Below, in pieces: positions 1 through 10,050 of a stretch of DNA of 64,000 nucleotides. Source of the DNA: Syntrophorhabdaceae bacterium (lineage in GTDB: Bacteria > Desulfobacterota > Syntrophorhabdia > Syntrophorhabdales > Syntrophorhabdaceae); NCBI GenBank assembly GCA_963665295.1, contig OY762209.1, positions 1,248,001 to 1,312,000 of the forward strand, in the 5' to 3' direction. Positions within the stretch are counted from its first letter, which is position 1. Every line of letters begins with the position of its first letter. The notes below the pieces were generated by a model. It was given only the letters and a program-made list of their open reading frames with translations. It was not told the origin of the DNA and searched no databases. The position numbers and the translations under genes were made by a program.

Positions 1-153
1 GAGAATGTCCCCTCCGTAGCCCGGGTCCGGTGTGGTGTAGTGGGTGAGTTGAAATTCCCCGCGAGGGGTTTCAATGCCCACCAACGCAGGGTAACAGGTC
101 CCCGCGAAGCAGATCAACGCTGCCGCTATATGAACGATGACCTCGGGGAACAC
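1..153 (-). CDS. L,D-transpeptidase-like protein, 5' part only (runs off the window edge; not in ORF track)
   Basis: Hand translation from GTG at 153: MFPEVIVHIAAALICFAGTCYPALVGIETPRGEFQLTHYTTPDPGYGGDIL. The 'PALVGxxTPxGEF...PGYGGD' pattern resembles small YkuD-like L,D-transpeptidases. Starts 4 bp after the upstream lipoprotein stop. Confidence 0.6.
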   Translation of the reverse strand, partial: MFPEVIVHIAAALICFAGTCYPALVGIETPRGEFQLTHYTTPDPGYGGDIL

Positions 154-156
154 GGA

Positions 157-390
157 TCAGCCCTTTTTCTTCTTTTTAGGGGCCGGGGCGGGGACCGACG
201 GAGGCGGTGTTTCCTGCTTGATCTCCGGACCCCGTCTCACGGGTAATTCCACCTTCGTCTCAGGGGGAGACACTTTCGCCATCGGCGCCGGAATTTCAGC
301 CTTCCGGGCCTGTATGGAAGGTCCGCAACCGCTTAACGATATCATAATAACAGGGACCAGCATTACAGACCAGCACGATCCTTTTCTCAT
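157..390 (-). CDS. Small Pro/Lys-rich lipoprotein
   Basis: Signal peptide ending in lipobox LSG-C; Pro-rich body and KKKKKG tail. Confidence 0.65.
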   Translation of the reverse strand: MRKGSCWSVMLVPVIMISLSGCGPSIQARKAEIPAPMAKVSPPETKVELPVRRGPEIKQETPPPSVPAPAPKKKKKG

Positions 391-691
391 ACCGCACCCT
401 TCCTTTCATTGCTTCGGCTCAGTAACTCACCCTCGTCCGGAATGACCGTTTTTTTCCGGTCTCTCTCCCCAGACCAATATCTCAAATAGACAGGGCATTG
501 TCAAATACAAATATCAGTAAGTGCCGGAAAGAACCACCTTTTTATAATGACCGGGGCCTTTGATCCCATGATGCCGTTGGCGCGGGAAAGGCACGGGGTA
601 ATGGTTACAGGAGGCCGGCTGACGGGAAAACCGGCAATTCAGGGTACGTCCGTGACTTCACAACAAAAGACCGTGATGCACCGCCATTTGG

Positions 692-2251
692 TCAATATGC
701 ATATTTTGACCGGCATCTGTCGGCGCATACCCCGAATTCCGACGAACCCTTGTAGCCTTCGCATATCTTCATGCACTGGTTGTACGTATGTTCCATGTTC
801 TTGCGACGAAATGCTTCCTGAACCTCCTTCGCCTTTTCTTCATTTTCGAGCCTCCGCTGCTCCTGCGCCCTCGATTCGGCCTCAAAGCGTTCCCGTTCCT
901 TCTGAGCCTTCTCCTCGAGGGATATCCTTTCATCAAAAGGGGTTTGGGCCGTATCGCCCTGTCCAGACTGCTGCACGAGTTTCTTCTTCTGCGCCATCTC
1001 CTGGATGAAAGCTTTCATGTCGAAGGGCGCAGACGTGCAGTCCGTCGGTTCTTCCTTCCTGGGAGCCCCCGGTATATCCATTTTCATTATGGTATTCATG
1101 CGAGCCATATCCATATCCATGGCGGCAGAGAATCTTCCCACATAGGTGTTGTCTTTAAGTACGTATCTGGTCATATCTTCCTGTATTTCGCCTATCTCGT
1201 TTTTACTCACGCAATGGAGTTTTTCAGGGAGTTTACGTATCATTTTGGAGGTTTCACCATAGATGAAGTCCTTCTCGTCTTTCAGGAGGCCGGTGGCGTT
1301 CATCATTCCCTTTGACAGCCCGATATAGGAGCCGTACCGCACGAGAAGGTCGCGGGTTTCGTCGCTGGTATAAGCCTTTGCGGCATCGAGGCTTGCTGTC
1401 TCGGCCTTGAAGGATTTCATCCTGGCGTACCGCATGGTGCTGTCACCGATACCCGCGACAAGAAAGAGGATTATCACCGCAATTGCAGCCGCCATCCACG
1501 TTATTCGCGACCCGGAGGAGGTTTCCACGGGACCGGTACTTTCCGCATAGTCATTCAATGACCGCTGGACAGGTATGAAAAGGAACACCGATCCAAGCCA
1601 GATGGAGAACAGGAGAAAACCGGCATTTATTTCGGCTGCTACACAGATCCAGCCGAACACGACGATCCAGCCTGTGAGAATGGGGACCACGGGGAAACCC
1701 CTGGTCTTTTGAGTCACCATTTCGTTAATGCCGCTCAATTGCTTATATACAAGATAGATCCCATAGAAGGGTATCAGCATCATAAAGGTAAGCTTCCCCG
1801 GTCTCAGCCACCGGTCGTGATAATTCTCCAGAATCTTCCAGTTACGGTAAAACCAGAAGATCTGATATATACAAAACGTCACGATCGACAGGGTGACAAG
1901 CTTTCCCACCGGCATGTAGATGGGCGACAAGGCGCCCCTTCCCGGCCCGGTATCCCGGGAAGGGGGATGTTCTTCAGAAGAAGGCCCCTCCGGTTCGCCA
2001 TAAGCCGTCGGCTCTTCAGGGCGCGGAGTATTCTCCACAAGGGTCAGTCTTGTTGTTGCCCTATTGTTCCCGGTACCGGGAGGGACTTCACATTTTTCGT
2101 CGTGCCTGTGAATTGTTGCTTCAGAAGGACTTTCGCCGGGAGCGGGCCGGGATGGCGGTATGTCCTTACCGCACTTGCCGCACTGCCCGGACCTGTCCTG
2201 GATACTGCCGCAACTCGGACACAGAACGAGCGTACCTTCGTCATCTGCCAT
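692..2251 (-). CDS. Membrane protein: N-terminal zinc ribbon, DUF4234-like TM region, Cys-containing C-terminal domain
   Basis: Start reassigned to MADDEG after GGAGGGG. CPSC..CGKC motif, 'LSIVTFCIYQIFWFYRNW' segment and several hydrophobic helices. Confidence 0.65.
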   Translation of the reverse strand: MADDEGTLVLCPSCGSIQDRSGQCGKCGKDIPPSRPAPGESPSEATIHRHDEKCEVPPGTGNNRATTRLTLVENTPRPEEPTAYGEPEGPSSEEHPPSRDTGPGRGALSPIYMPVGKLVTLSIVTFCIYQIFWFYRNWKILENYHDRWLRPGKLTFMMLIPFYGIYLVYKQLSGINEMVTQKTRGFPVVPILTGWIVVFGWICVAAEINAGFLLFSIWLGSVFLFIPVQRSLNDYAESTGPVETSSGSRITWMAAAIAVIILFLVAGIGDSTMRYARMKSFKAETASLDAAKAYTSDETRDLLVRYGSYIGLSKGMMNATGLLKDEKDFIYGETSKMIRKLPEKLHCVSKNEIGEIQEDMTRYVLKDNTYVGRFSAAMDMDMARMNTIMKMDIPGAPRKEEPTDCTSAPFDMKAFIQEMAQKKKLVQQSGQGDTAQTPFDERISLEEKAQKERERFEAESRAQEQRRLENEEKAKEVQEAFRRKNMEHTYNQCMKICEGYKGSSEFGVCADRCRSKYAY

Positions 2252-2357
2252 TTCCCCTCCAGGGCGATTGTGACCGTTTTTAAAACTTATCGCGAAAACA
2301 AAGCGGTACTTAAATAAACGGACCGGCAAATGCCCTGTGTGCTCACGAAATGAACTA

Positions 2358-2431
2358 CCCCGCGGCAAGCCACGGGGCATCAAAGGCGAGCACCACACCT
2401 TAAGGCTATTTCGAAGCAAGCTTCGGGGTAT
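2358..2431. repeat. Two related GC-rich hairpins with a GC-AA-GC apex (REP / IS200-IS605 end-like)
   Basis: CCCCGCGGC-AA-GCCACGGGG at 2358-2377 and CGAAGC-AA-GCTTCG(GGGTAT) at 2412-2431. Confidence 0.4.
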
Positions 2432-2480
2432 GGACCCGCGGGGCAATCGGGGCGGAAGTCCTTTTAACGGGGATCCCGCC

Positions 2481-5033
2481 TTATTTGCCTCTGCGGGATG
2501 TGCGGTGGGTGGGCACGGCGTTCCAGGGATCGTCGGGCCAGGGGTGCTTCGGATAGCGTCCCTGCAATTCCTTCTTTACCTGGAGGTAACCCTTTTCCCA
2601 GAATCCCGACAGGTCCCGGGTGATCTGGACCGGACGTCCGGCGGGGGACAAGAGGTGAAGAAGAACGGGCACACGCCCGCGTGCGACGGTGGGGGTCGCG
2701 GCGAGGCCGAACATCTCCTGGAGTTTGACGGCCAGGACGGGCAATTCTCCGGTGGTATAGTCGAGGGCAATGCTGCGGCCGCTGGGGACGACGATATCCG
2801 TCGGGGCTTCCCTGTCGAGACGGTAGGCCTGTTCCCGGGAAAGGAGGTCCTTAAGGGCCGGGAGGAGGGCCATCCCCGCGAGTCGCTCTTTCGTGCGGAC
2901 GCCGGCGAGGCGGGGGGAAAGCCATGCTTCCACAGAGGAGAGGAGGGCAGCTTCCGAAAGGTCAGGCCAGTTCTCCCCGGGAAAGGCCCTTCCGAGGAGA
3001 GCGACCCTGCCCTGCAATTGACGGGCTTCTCTCCCGAAGGTGAGGGTGGCGGCCCCTGAGCGGATCGCGTGAGCCAGGATCGGGATAACCTCTTCGTCGG
3101 GGGCGGAAAAAGGCTTGGCCGAAAGGGTCAGCGCACCCAGCCGTTCGGTGAGGAACGAGACAATCCGTCCTTCCTGCCTGTCCCATTCCACCTGTCGCAA
3201 GGTTTCGATATGGGCGCCCAACTCCTCCCTGATGGTCTCCTCGGTGACAGCCTCGGCCATATGGATCGTCCCTTCCGCCTTTTCGCCGCTGTCCAGATGG
3301 ACCGCGACGAGAAAGGGGTTTGCCTTCAGAACGCTCCCCCGGGGGAGACGCACGCCTCTTCCTTGGGCCAGCAGATACCGGTCTTCCCCTTCCGCCCGCC
3401 GGAGGGCGACCCGGTCGGGATAGGCGTGGAGGAGGAGCGAGGAGACGAGGTCACCTTTTATTGTGCAGACCATCCTTCCTGACGGCGCACCCGCCAGTTC
3501 CCGGAGCTGTCCGGCGGCCCGCTCCACGGACTGGAAGGCCTGGGGGTCCGTCCCCGGTGGGGCCTCCTTCTCTTTTCGCCAGTGCTGAAGCATGAAGAGG
3601 CGTTCGCTGATATCGACGCCCTGCCGGTCCCCGTAATCGCGGCGCATAATGTCCCGCTCGGAGAGGAGGGCGGCAAGGTCTGCTCCCAGGCGAAGGTGTC
3701 CCGAGTCGGTTGCCCTGAGGAGCAGACGCCCCAGGCGGGGGTGGAGGGGAAGTCCGGCCATGGCCCGGCCCATGGAAGTCACTGTCCCATTTCCGTTGAG
3801 GGCATCCAGGTCCACGAGGAGACGCCGGGCCCCTTCCCAGGCCCCTTGGGGCGGCGGATCGAGCCAGGACAGGGCCGAGGGGTCCGTCACTCCCCAGGCT
3901 GCCAGTTCCAGAACCAGGGAGGAAAGATCGGAGGTGAGGATCTCCGGCGGTGCAAAGGGGACCATGGAGTCGTACCCATGGCGGCTGTACAGGCGGTAGC
4001 ACGTACCCGGCCCCACGCGCCCCGCCCGCCCCCGGCGCTGGATTGCCGAGGCCCGGGAGATGGTGACCGTCACGAGGCGGTTCATGCCTGTTCCCGGGTC
4101 GTACTGAAGCCTCCTGACCAGGCCGCCGTCGATCACTACCCGGACCCCTTCTATGGTGAGGCTTGTTTCGGCGATATTGGTCGCCAGGACGATTCTCCGC
4201 CTTGCCCCGGGCATAATGGCCCGTTCCTGTTCCGCAAAAGGGAGATCTCCATAAAGGGGATGGAGGGAGACGGGCTCTTTCCCACTGCTGACGATGTCCC
4301 GGAGACTGTCGGCGGCCCGGTGAATTTCTCCGGCCCCGGGCAGGAACACGAGGATGTCCCCCGTCGTGTCTTTCAGGGCAATGCGGACCGCGTTGACCAT
4401 ATGGTCCTTCCAGGTCTCGCCCCGGCCCCCCGGCCGTCCGCCTTCCGGTAAAAAATGCTCTGTCACGGGAAAGGTCTCGCCCGCGGCCGTAATCACCGGG
4501 GCGTCTCCCAGGAGGGCGGCTATGGGCGCGGTTTCAATGGTTGCCGACATGACGAGGAGTTTGAGGTCCTCCCGGAGGCCCCGCTGGATGTCCAGGCTCA
4601 GGGCGAGGGCCATGTCCGCCTGGAGGCTGCGCTCGTGGAATTCATCGAAGATGATCATGGCGACCCCTTCGAGGCCCGGGTCGTCGATGAGACGCCGCGT
4701 AAGGATGCCTTCGGTAACCACCTCCAGGCGGGTCTCTTTTGAAATCCGGCGGTCAAAACGGATGGTGTAGCCGATAGTCTTGCCCACCGCCTCCCCGAGG
4801 AGTCGCGCCATCCAGCGGGCCGCGGCAACCGCCGCGATTCGCCGTGGTTCGAGCATGATGATCCGTCCCTTGGCCGGGGACATGGCCTCGAGGAGAGCCA
4901 GGGGGACGCGGGTCGTCTTGCCGGAGCCCGGCGGAGCCTGAAGCACCACCGCCGGTCCGCCGAGTATCGCCTTTTTCAACTCAGGAAGGACAGGGTCGAT
5001 GGGGCATGGGGGCATGGAATTCGGATATGACAA
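2481..5033 (-). CDS. hrpB: ATP-dependent RNA helicase HrpB
   Basis: APPGSGKTT, DEFHER, MSAT, ATNIAETSLTI and QRRGRAGR motifs; C-terminal 'GRYPKHPWPDDP'. Confidence 0.95.
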   Translation of the reverse strand: MSYPNSMPPCPIDPVLPELKKAILGGPAVVLQAPPGSGKTTRVPLALLEAMSPAKGRIIMLEPRRIAAVAAARWMARLLGEAVGKTIGYTIRFDRRISKETRLEVVTEGILTRRLIDDPGLEGVAMIIFDEFHERSLQADMALALSLDIQRGLREDLKLLVMSATIETAPIAALLGDAPVITAAGETFPVTEHFLPEGGRPGGRGETWKDHMVNAVRIALKDTTGDILVFLPGAGEIHRAADSLRDIVSSGKEPVSLHPLYGDLPFAEQERAIMPGARRRIVLATNIAETSLTIEGVRVVIDGGLVRRLQYDPGTGMNRLVTVTISRASAIQRRGRAGRVGPGTCYRLYSRHGYDSMVPFAPPEILTSDLSSLVLELAAWGVTDPSALSWLDPPPQGAWEGARRLLVDLDALNGNGTVTSMGRAMAGLPLHPRLGRLLLRATDSGHLRLGADLAALLSERDIMRRDYGDRQGVDISERLFMLQHWRKEKEAPPGTDPQAFQSVERAAGQLRELAGAPSGRMVCTIKGDLVSSLLLHAYPDRVALRRAEGEDRYLLAQGRGVRLPRGSVLKANPFLVAVHLDSGEKAEGTIHMAEAVTEETIREELGAHIETLRQVEWDRQEGRIVSFLTERLGALTLSAKPFSAPDEEVIPILAHAIRSGAATLTFGREARQLQGRVALLGRAFPGENWPDLSEAALLSSVEAWLSPRLAGVRTKERLAGMALLPALKDLLSREQAYRLDREAPTDIVVPSGRSIALDYTTGELPVLAVKLQEMFGLAATPTVARGRVPVLLHLLSPAGRPVQITRDLSGFWEKGYLQVKKELQGRYPKHPWPDDPWNAVPTHRTSRRGK

Positions 5034-5112
5034 GGTTTCACGTATCCTGTGATGAGAACGTTAATGTTTCTGAGGACTACTATAAAGACAGCCCCCTCCC
5101 AAGTCAAGGAGA

Positions 5113-5260
5113 TTACTTCCCCTTCCGGGTCACATTGAGGGTTTTCTTCTTCCCGTTCCGGTCGAGGACGACAGTCACGGGCCCGGACAGGTTTTTCCTT
5201 GTCTCCGGTCCGAGGCGACGGTGATCCACGATGTCGCGGCCGACCCGTGCCATGGGCCGA
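5113..5260 (-). pseudogene. Decayed BACON-type C-terminal domain fragment
   Basis: One frame reads PWHGSAATSWITVAS and another ...RKNLSGPVTVVLDRNGKKKTLNVTRKGK*, resembling the C-termini of the 14207 and 20095 proteins. Confidence 0.45.
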
Positions 5261-5267
5261 AGGGGAT

Positions 5268-5296
5268 GACAGCGCTCCTTTTCGGGGAGCGCTGTC
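5268..5296 (-). terminator. Stem-loop downstream of the S8 peptidase
   Basis: Perfect 11-bp arms GACAGCGCTCC / GGAGCGCTGTC about 10 bp after the stop codon. Confidence 0.6.
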
Positions 5297-5306
5297 TGAA
5301 GGTTCG

Positions 5307-7295
5307 CTAGTTCTTGCCTTTGGCGGTCAGTTTTACCGTTACCGTGCCGTGGTTCGGGTCGTCGGAGGCGATGTCTATGAAACCGGTGAAGGTGCCTTCC
5401 GTGGTGGGAGTGAAGGTGGCGTACACGTTACACCCCTGGCTTTTGGCAAGGTGGACCGCGCATTCGCTCGCGTCGATTGAAAAGGACGGCTCGAGGTCAC
5501 GGGGGGTTATACCCGAAAAGGTGAGGGTCGAGGCGCCCGTATTCTTGATCTGGATTGTCTTGTAAGGGGAATTTCCTATCTTTACGGTGCCGAAATTGAC
5601 GCTGCCCGGAGAGACGGATATCTTCGGAGGCGGGTTGAAGGTGGCGGTCACGCCCCGTGAAGCGGACATGGTTACATTGCAGACGAGGCCCGTGTCGGAG
5701 ATCGTGTCGCAGTCGCTCCACTCGTCGAGGTACGCGCCTGTGGCGGGATTCGCGGTAAGGGTCACCGCCGTGCCCGGGGCATAGAGCCACTTGCAGACGG
5801 ACCCGTAGGCGCAGGTGGACCCGCCCGAGGTGACGGCGCCTTTTTTGTTGCCGTTTACGGTGAGTTCAAGGGTAACCGTGGGGCCGAGGAGTTCATAGGC
5901 TTCGCCCGCATTGATCCTCTGCTTTGTCACGTCCGGACACTTGCCCGAGTCGGTGACGGTGAGTCCCGTGGATGTGAGGGAGGCGAGAATGTCATCCACG
6001 GTGGAAGCGGGGTGTCCCTGTTTGAGGAGCGCCCATGCCCCCGCCACGTGGGGTGTCGCCATGGAAGTGCCGTTCTTGTACGCATATTTCTTGCCCGGAA
6101 TGGATGAGTTGATTTCGACGCCGGGGGCGAAAAGGGTGAGAAAGGACGCGCTGTTCGAAGAGGATGCCACGGATTCGGATTCGTCCGTGGAACCGACGCT
6201 GATGGACGTGGAGATACACGCGGGGGCGCCCATGGCGCCGCAAAAGCCGTCGTTGCCGCTCGCGATGATGGTGGCGATGCCCGCGGCCCGCAGGTTGTCG
6301 ATGGCCGGCTTCCGCGAATTCGTGTCACAGTTTTCCGTGTATTCGCCGCCGCCCAGGCTCATATTGACGGAAGCGATGGCATAGGTGTCCTTTAGCGCGT
6401 AGACCCTTTCGAGGGCCTTCAACTGATCGGAGACGAAGCTTTTCACACACGGGGCCCTTCCGCCACAGTCCGCATCGTCATCGTATCGCGAAAACACCTG
6501 TATGGCGATGATTTTCGCCTCCGGCGCCGCGCCGGGTCCCGGGCTTCCCGCCACATTGTCCCGTCCCGCCGCAATGCCTGCCACGTGGGTGCCGTGGTCG
6601 CACTTTCCGGAAGGACAGGAGCCCCCATAGGGCATTGCGGAACCCGATTTTACCGATTCCGTTACCCCGCCGGGACAGAGGGACCTGGTCCTGCCGGGAT
6701 CTTTGGTCGAGTAACATGCCTCGGACACGACACTGTCCTTGAGAAAGGGATGGTTCTTGTCCACACCGGTATCGAGAATGGCGATAGTCATGCCGTATCC
6801 GCCGACGCCCGAGGTTTGAAGCGCCGCGGCCCCGATCCGGGCCACGCTCCAGTCGGTGAAGGGGAGATCGGCCGCATCTTCCTCGATGCCCGCCACGAGC
6901 GGCGAGGCGATGAGGGCATCGAGGGCCGCTTCATTGACGGTCATGGCGAGATAAGGGATATACCGGTATTCATGGACGGCCGAAGGCTTGTGTCCCAATC
7001 CGGCCAGTTCTCCGGTGAGCCTTTCCTGGGCGCGGGAGATGGAGGAGCGTTGAGCCGCAGCCTCAGCCGCCGGCAACGCGGGCTCGGCCGTAAAGGGGAC
7101 CTCGAGGCGGACCAGGACCTTTACGGTCCGGACGGTCTTTGCTTTCCCGTAGAGCGCGGCGTATCCCCCGGGACTCGTGACCTTCGCCTTGTCCGTTGTC
7201 CCGGCCGGGCCGGACAAACCGACGCTTACCATTATCGTCACAAAGATGCACGTCATTGCGACGACTCCTGCCCACTTCAAAATGCGGTTGATCAT
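5307..7295 (-). CDS. Secreted S8 (subtilisin) peptidase with InlB-B-type repeat and C-terminal Ig-like (ASH / choice-of-anchor D-like) domain
   Basis: Catalytic triad ILDTG, DHGTHVAG, GTSMATPHVAG. Signal peptide from MINRILK (ATG 7295, GGAGG RBS). Confidence 0.9.
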   Translation of the reverse strand: MINRILKWAGVVAMTCIFVTIMVSVGLSGPAGTTDKAKVTSPGGYAALYGKAKTVRTVKVLVRLEVPFTAEPALPAAEAAAQRSSISRAQERLTGELAGLGHKPSAVHEYRYIPYLAMTVNEAALDALIASPLVAGIEEDAADLPFTDWSVARIGAAALQTSGVGGYGMTIAILDTGVDKNHPFLKDSVVSEACYSTKDPGRTRSLCPGGVTESVKSGSAMPYGGSCPSGKCDHGTHVAGIAAGRDNVAGSPGPGAAPEAKIIAIQVFSRYDDDADCGGRAPCVKSFVSDQLKALERVYALKDTYAIASVNMSLGGGEYTENCDTNSRKPAIDNLRAAGIATIIASGNDGFCGAMGAPACISTSISVGSTDESESVASSSNSASFLTLFAPGVEINSSIPGKKYAYKNGTSMATPHVAGAWALLKQGHPASTVDDILASLTSTGLTVTDSGKCPDVTKQRINAGEAYELLGPTVTLELTVNGNKKGAVTSGGSTCAYGSVCKWLYAPGTAVTLTANPATGAYLDEWSDCDTISDTGLVCNVTMSASRGVTATFNPPPKISVSPGSVNFGTVKIGNSPYKTIQIKNTGASTLTFSGITPRDLEPSFSIDASECAVHLAKSQGCNVYATFTPTTEGTFTGFIDIASDDPNHGTVTVKLTAKGKN

Positions 7296-7551
7296 GGCGC
7301 CTCCTTCAGTCGTTTTTTGCGTCCCCCTCTTTGCGGCGACGATGCGGATTTTGATGCAGGGGGAGTATTGAGGCCCCCCGGTCCGGTTATTATGCCCGTG
7401 AGACCCGGGGACTGTCAATTTAAATCAGCGCCATGTCCCATGGCGGAAAAACACCTGTCCTCGGCGACGGCGGGCCGCCCGATTCTTTCCTTGACCAGCC
7501 AAATTCCGGTGTTATAGTATAGTAGCATCCATCACACGCAAGGGGGACGAT

Positions 7552-7998
7552 ATGTTCAAGGAATTCAAGGATTTTGCGATAAAGGGGAATGTCCTCGACA
7601 TGGCCGTGGGCATAATAATAGGCGCGGCCTTCGGTACGATCATCAAGTCGCTCGTGGACGACGTTCTCATGCCCCCGGTCGGCCTCCTTCTCGGCAACGT
7701 GGACTTTTCGAACCTCTTTGCAGTACTCAGGGAAGGAAAGGTGGCCGGACCCTATGTCAACCTCGCCGCGGCCAAGGCAGCCGGGGCCGTGACCCTGAAC
7801 ATAGGCCTCTTCATAAATACCGTCATCAGCTTTGTCATAGTCGCCTTCTCGGTCTTTCTGGTCGTCAAGAACGTGAACAGGTTCAAGAAGGCCCCGCCGC
7901 CGCCCGAACCGGCTACAAAGAACTGTCCCTTCTGTTTCACGGCGATCCCGGTGAAGGCGACCCGCTGCCCCAATTGCACATCGGAACTGAAATCGTAG
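7552..7998 (+). CDS. mscL: Large-conductance mechanosensitive channel with C-terminal CxxC..CxxC tail
   Basis: [29 protein letters not shown]-terminus; tail CPFC...CPNC. Confidence 0.95.
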   Translation: MFKEFKDFAIKGNVLDMAVGIIIGAAFGTIIKSLVDDVLMPPVGLLLGNVDFSNLFAVLREGKVAGPYVNLAAAKAAGAVTLNIGLFINTVISFVIVAFSVFLVVKNVNRFKKAPPPPEPATKNCPFCFTAIPVKATRCPNCTSELKS

Positions 7999-8014
7999 GA
8001 GGGGAAAGGCGGAC

Positions 8015-8452
8015 ATGGCGACCTTATTTACTATCGGCTTCACCCAGAAGACGGCGGAGGAGTTCTTTTCAAGACTGAAGAGGGCCGAAGTGAGGCGCAT
8101 CCTCGATATAAGGCTCAATAACAGTTCGCAGTTGGCCGGTTTCGCGAAGCAGAAGGACCTTGAATACTTCCTGAAAGAGATCGGGGGAATCCACTACCTC
8201 CACGTGCCCCTCCTGTGCCCGACCGCCGGGATCATGGACGCCTACAAGAAACACGAGATAACGTGGCAGGAATTCGAGCCGAGGTTTACGGGCCTCATGG
8301 CGGAAAGACACGCGGAAGAGATGCTGAGCATGGAACTGCTCGACCACGGTTGCCTGCTCTGTAGTGAAGACAAGCCCGACCGTTGCCACCGCCGGATAGC
8401 GGCTCAATACCTGTCGCAAAAATTCGGCGGCCTGGAAGTAGTCCATTTGTAA
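8015..8452 (+). CDS. DUF488 family protein
   Basis: LFTIGF, DIRL and 'LLCSE..P..CHR' motifs. Confidence 0.85.
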   Translation: MATLFTIGFTQKTAEEFFSRLKRAEVRRILDIRLNNSSQLAGFAKQKDLEYFLKEIGGIHYLHVPLLCPTAGIMDAYKKHEITWQEFEPRFTGLMAERHAEEMLSMELLDHGCLLCSEDKPDRCHRRIAAQYLSQKFGGLEVVHL

Positions 8453-8604
8453 ACCTCCCGCCTCGTGACATCTGTCCGCCAAGGCCGCGTTATAACGGGC
8501 TTTTGGAGGCATTTCACGGGTTTAAGGACCGGCCGGACGCAAGTTTGTTGCGGACGACTCGTTTTTTCGTTTGATAGTTTGTTTTTTTGTGCTATTCGTA
8601 TCAT

Positions 8605-9999
8605 ATGGGGAAAGGCAGAGAACTCAAGGACGATCTTTGTGAGCACGCCGGTACTTTTTACCAGACCGTAGTTGAAGAGCTGAAAGACTGGCAGGGGTTT
8701 GTGCGTTCGGCATGGCCCCTGCTTCTGTTATTGTTTGTCGCCCTCGGGCTTGTGATCTGGTTTGCCAAGCCGGCGCCCCCGAAACATGTGGTGATGGCCT
8801 CCGGAAAAGGCGGGTCTTACAAGGTGCTGGCTCAAAAGTATGTCGATTTTTTTCGCAAGAACGGCGTTACCCTGGAGTTGTTTCCCACCAACGGCGCCCA
8901 GGAAAACCTGGCCCGCTTGAAAGACCGCAACGATCCGGTTCTTGCGGCCTTTGTTCAGGGCGGAATAGTCAAACCTGACCAGACATCGGGACTTCTGTCT
9001 CTGGGCAGCGTGGATTATGAACCGGTGTGGTTCTTTTACCGCAGCAGCAAGGCCATAGAGAACGACAAAGATTTCCATCGTCTTCGGAGGATGAGGATTT
9101 CCGTCGGGCCGGAGGGCAGCGGGACCCACGCGCAGGCGCTCCATATCCTCGATTTCAACGGCATCGCACGGGGCTCCACCTTGCTGACCATGACGAACCC
9201 CGACGCTGTCCGGGCGCTCCGGCAAGGAGAGATCGACGCGGTATTTCTTGTTGACGGTATTGAATCAAAGGAAGTTCAAGCCTTGCTCAGGGACCCGTCA
9301 ATTCGCCTCGCCGACTTCCGGCGGGCCGCCGCCTACGCCCGGCTGTTGCCTTTCATTCAGAAGCTGGAGGTGCCCATGGGCGGGTTTGACCTGGTGCGTA
9401 ATTTCCCTCCCCGGGATATACAGCTCATCGGAACGACGACCAACCTGTTGATCGACGACCGGATGCACCCTGCCATTCAAATGCTGTTTATGCAGGCAGC
9501 CCAGGAGATCAACGGAAAGCAGAGCTATTTCGCCTCCAGGGGCGAATTCCCTTCCTTTAAAGACCCCGCGGTGACGGAGAGCAAAGTGGCTGTTCGCTTT
9601 CACCAAAAGGGCCCTCCCTTCCTGATGGATTACCTGCCCTTCTGGCTGGCGGAGTTTGTTGACAGGATGTTCTTCCTCCTGGTGCCCTTTTTTGCCTTTG
9701 CCTACCCGATTATCAAGGCAATGCCGGAGTATCGCGTCAAACCGGCAAAAAACAGGATCAGCAGGATTTACGGCGAGTTGAAGTTCTTCGAACAGGAACT
9801 GGCACGGTCCTATGACCCCGCACAACACGAAGAGTATATCCGGCGGCTCAACATCCTGGAGGGTAAAGTCCTGGGGATGAAATTCCCCCAGAACCTCGCC
9901 GGCAATTACTACAGCGTGCGCAAGGATATCGACTTCGTTCGCGGCCGCCTGAGCCGCGAAAACCCCTATGCCGCCAAAGCAAGCTGCGAGGACGCGTAG
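8605..9999 (+). CDS. TAXI-family TRAP solute-binding protein with N- and C-terminal membrane segments
   Basis: TNGAQENL, AFVQGG, YEPVWFFYR, VGPEGSGT and 'YLPFWLA' motifs. Confidence 0.8.
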   Translation: MGKGRELKDDLCEHAGTFYQTVVEELKDWQGFVRSAWPLLLLLFVALGLVIWFAKPAPPKHVVMASGKGGSYKVLAQKYVDFFRKNGVTLELFPTNGAQENLARLKDRNDPVLAAFVQGGIVKPDQTSGLLSLGSVDYEPVWFFYRSSKAIENDKDFHRLRRMRISVGPEGSGTHAQALHILDFNGIARGSTLLTMTNPDAVRALRQGEIDAVFLVDGIESKEVQALLRDPSIRLADFRRAAAYARLLPFIQKLEVPMGGFDLVRNFPPRDIQLIGTTTNLLIDDRMHPAIQMLFMQAAQEINGKQSYFASRGEFPSFKDPAVTESKVAVRFHQKGPPFLMDYLPFWLAEFVDRMFFLLVPFFAFAYPIIKAMPEYRVKPAKNRISRIYGELKFFEQELARSYDPAQHEEYIRRLNILEGKVLGMKFPQNLAGNYYSVRKDIDFVRGRLSRENPYAAKASCEDA

Positions 10000-10050
10000 A
10001 GGGCCGGGATATTCCCCGTCTTTGCGCCGCCAGGGAGGTACGACAAGGAC

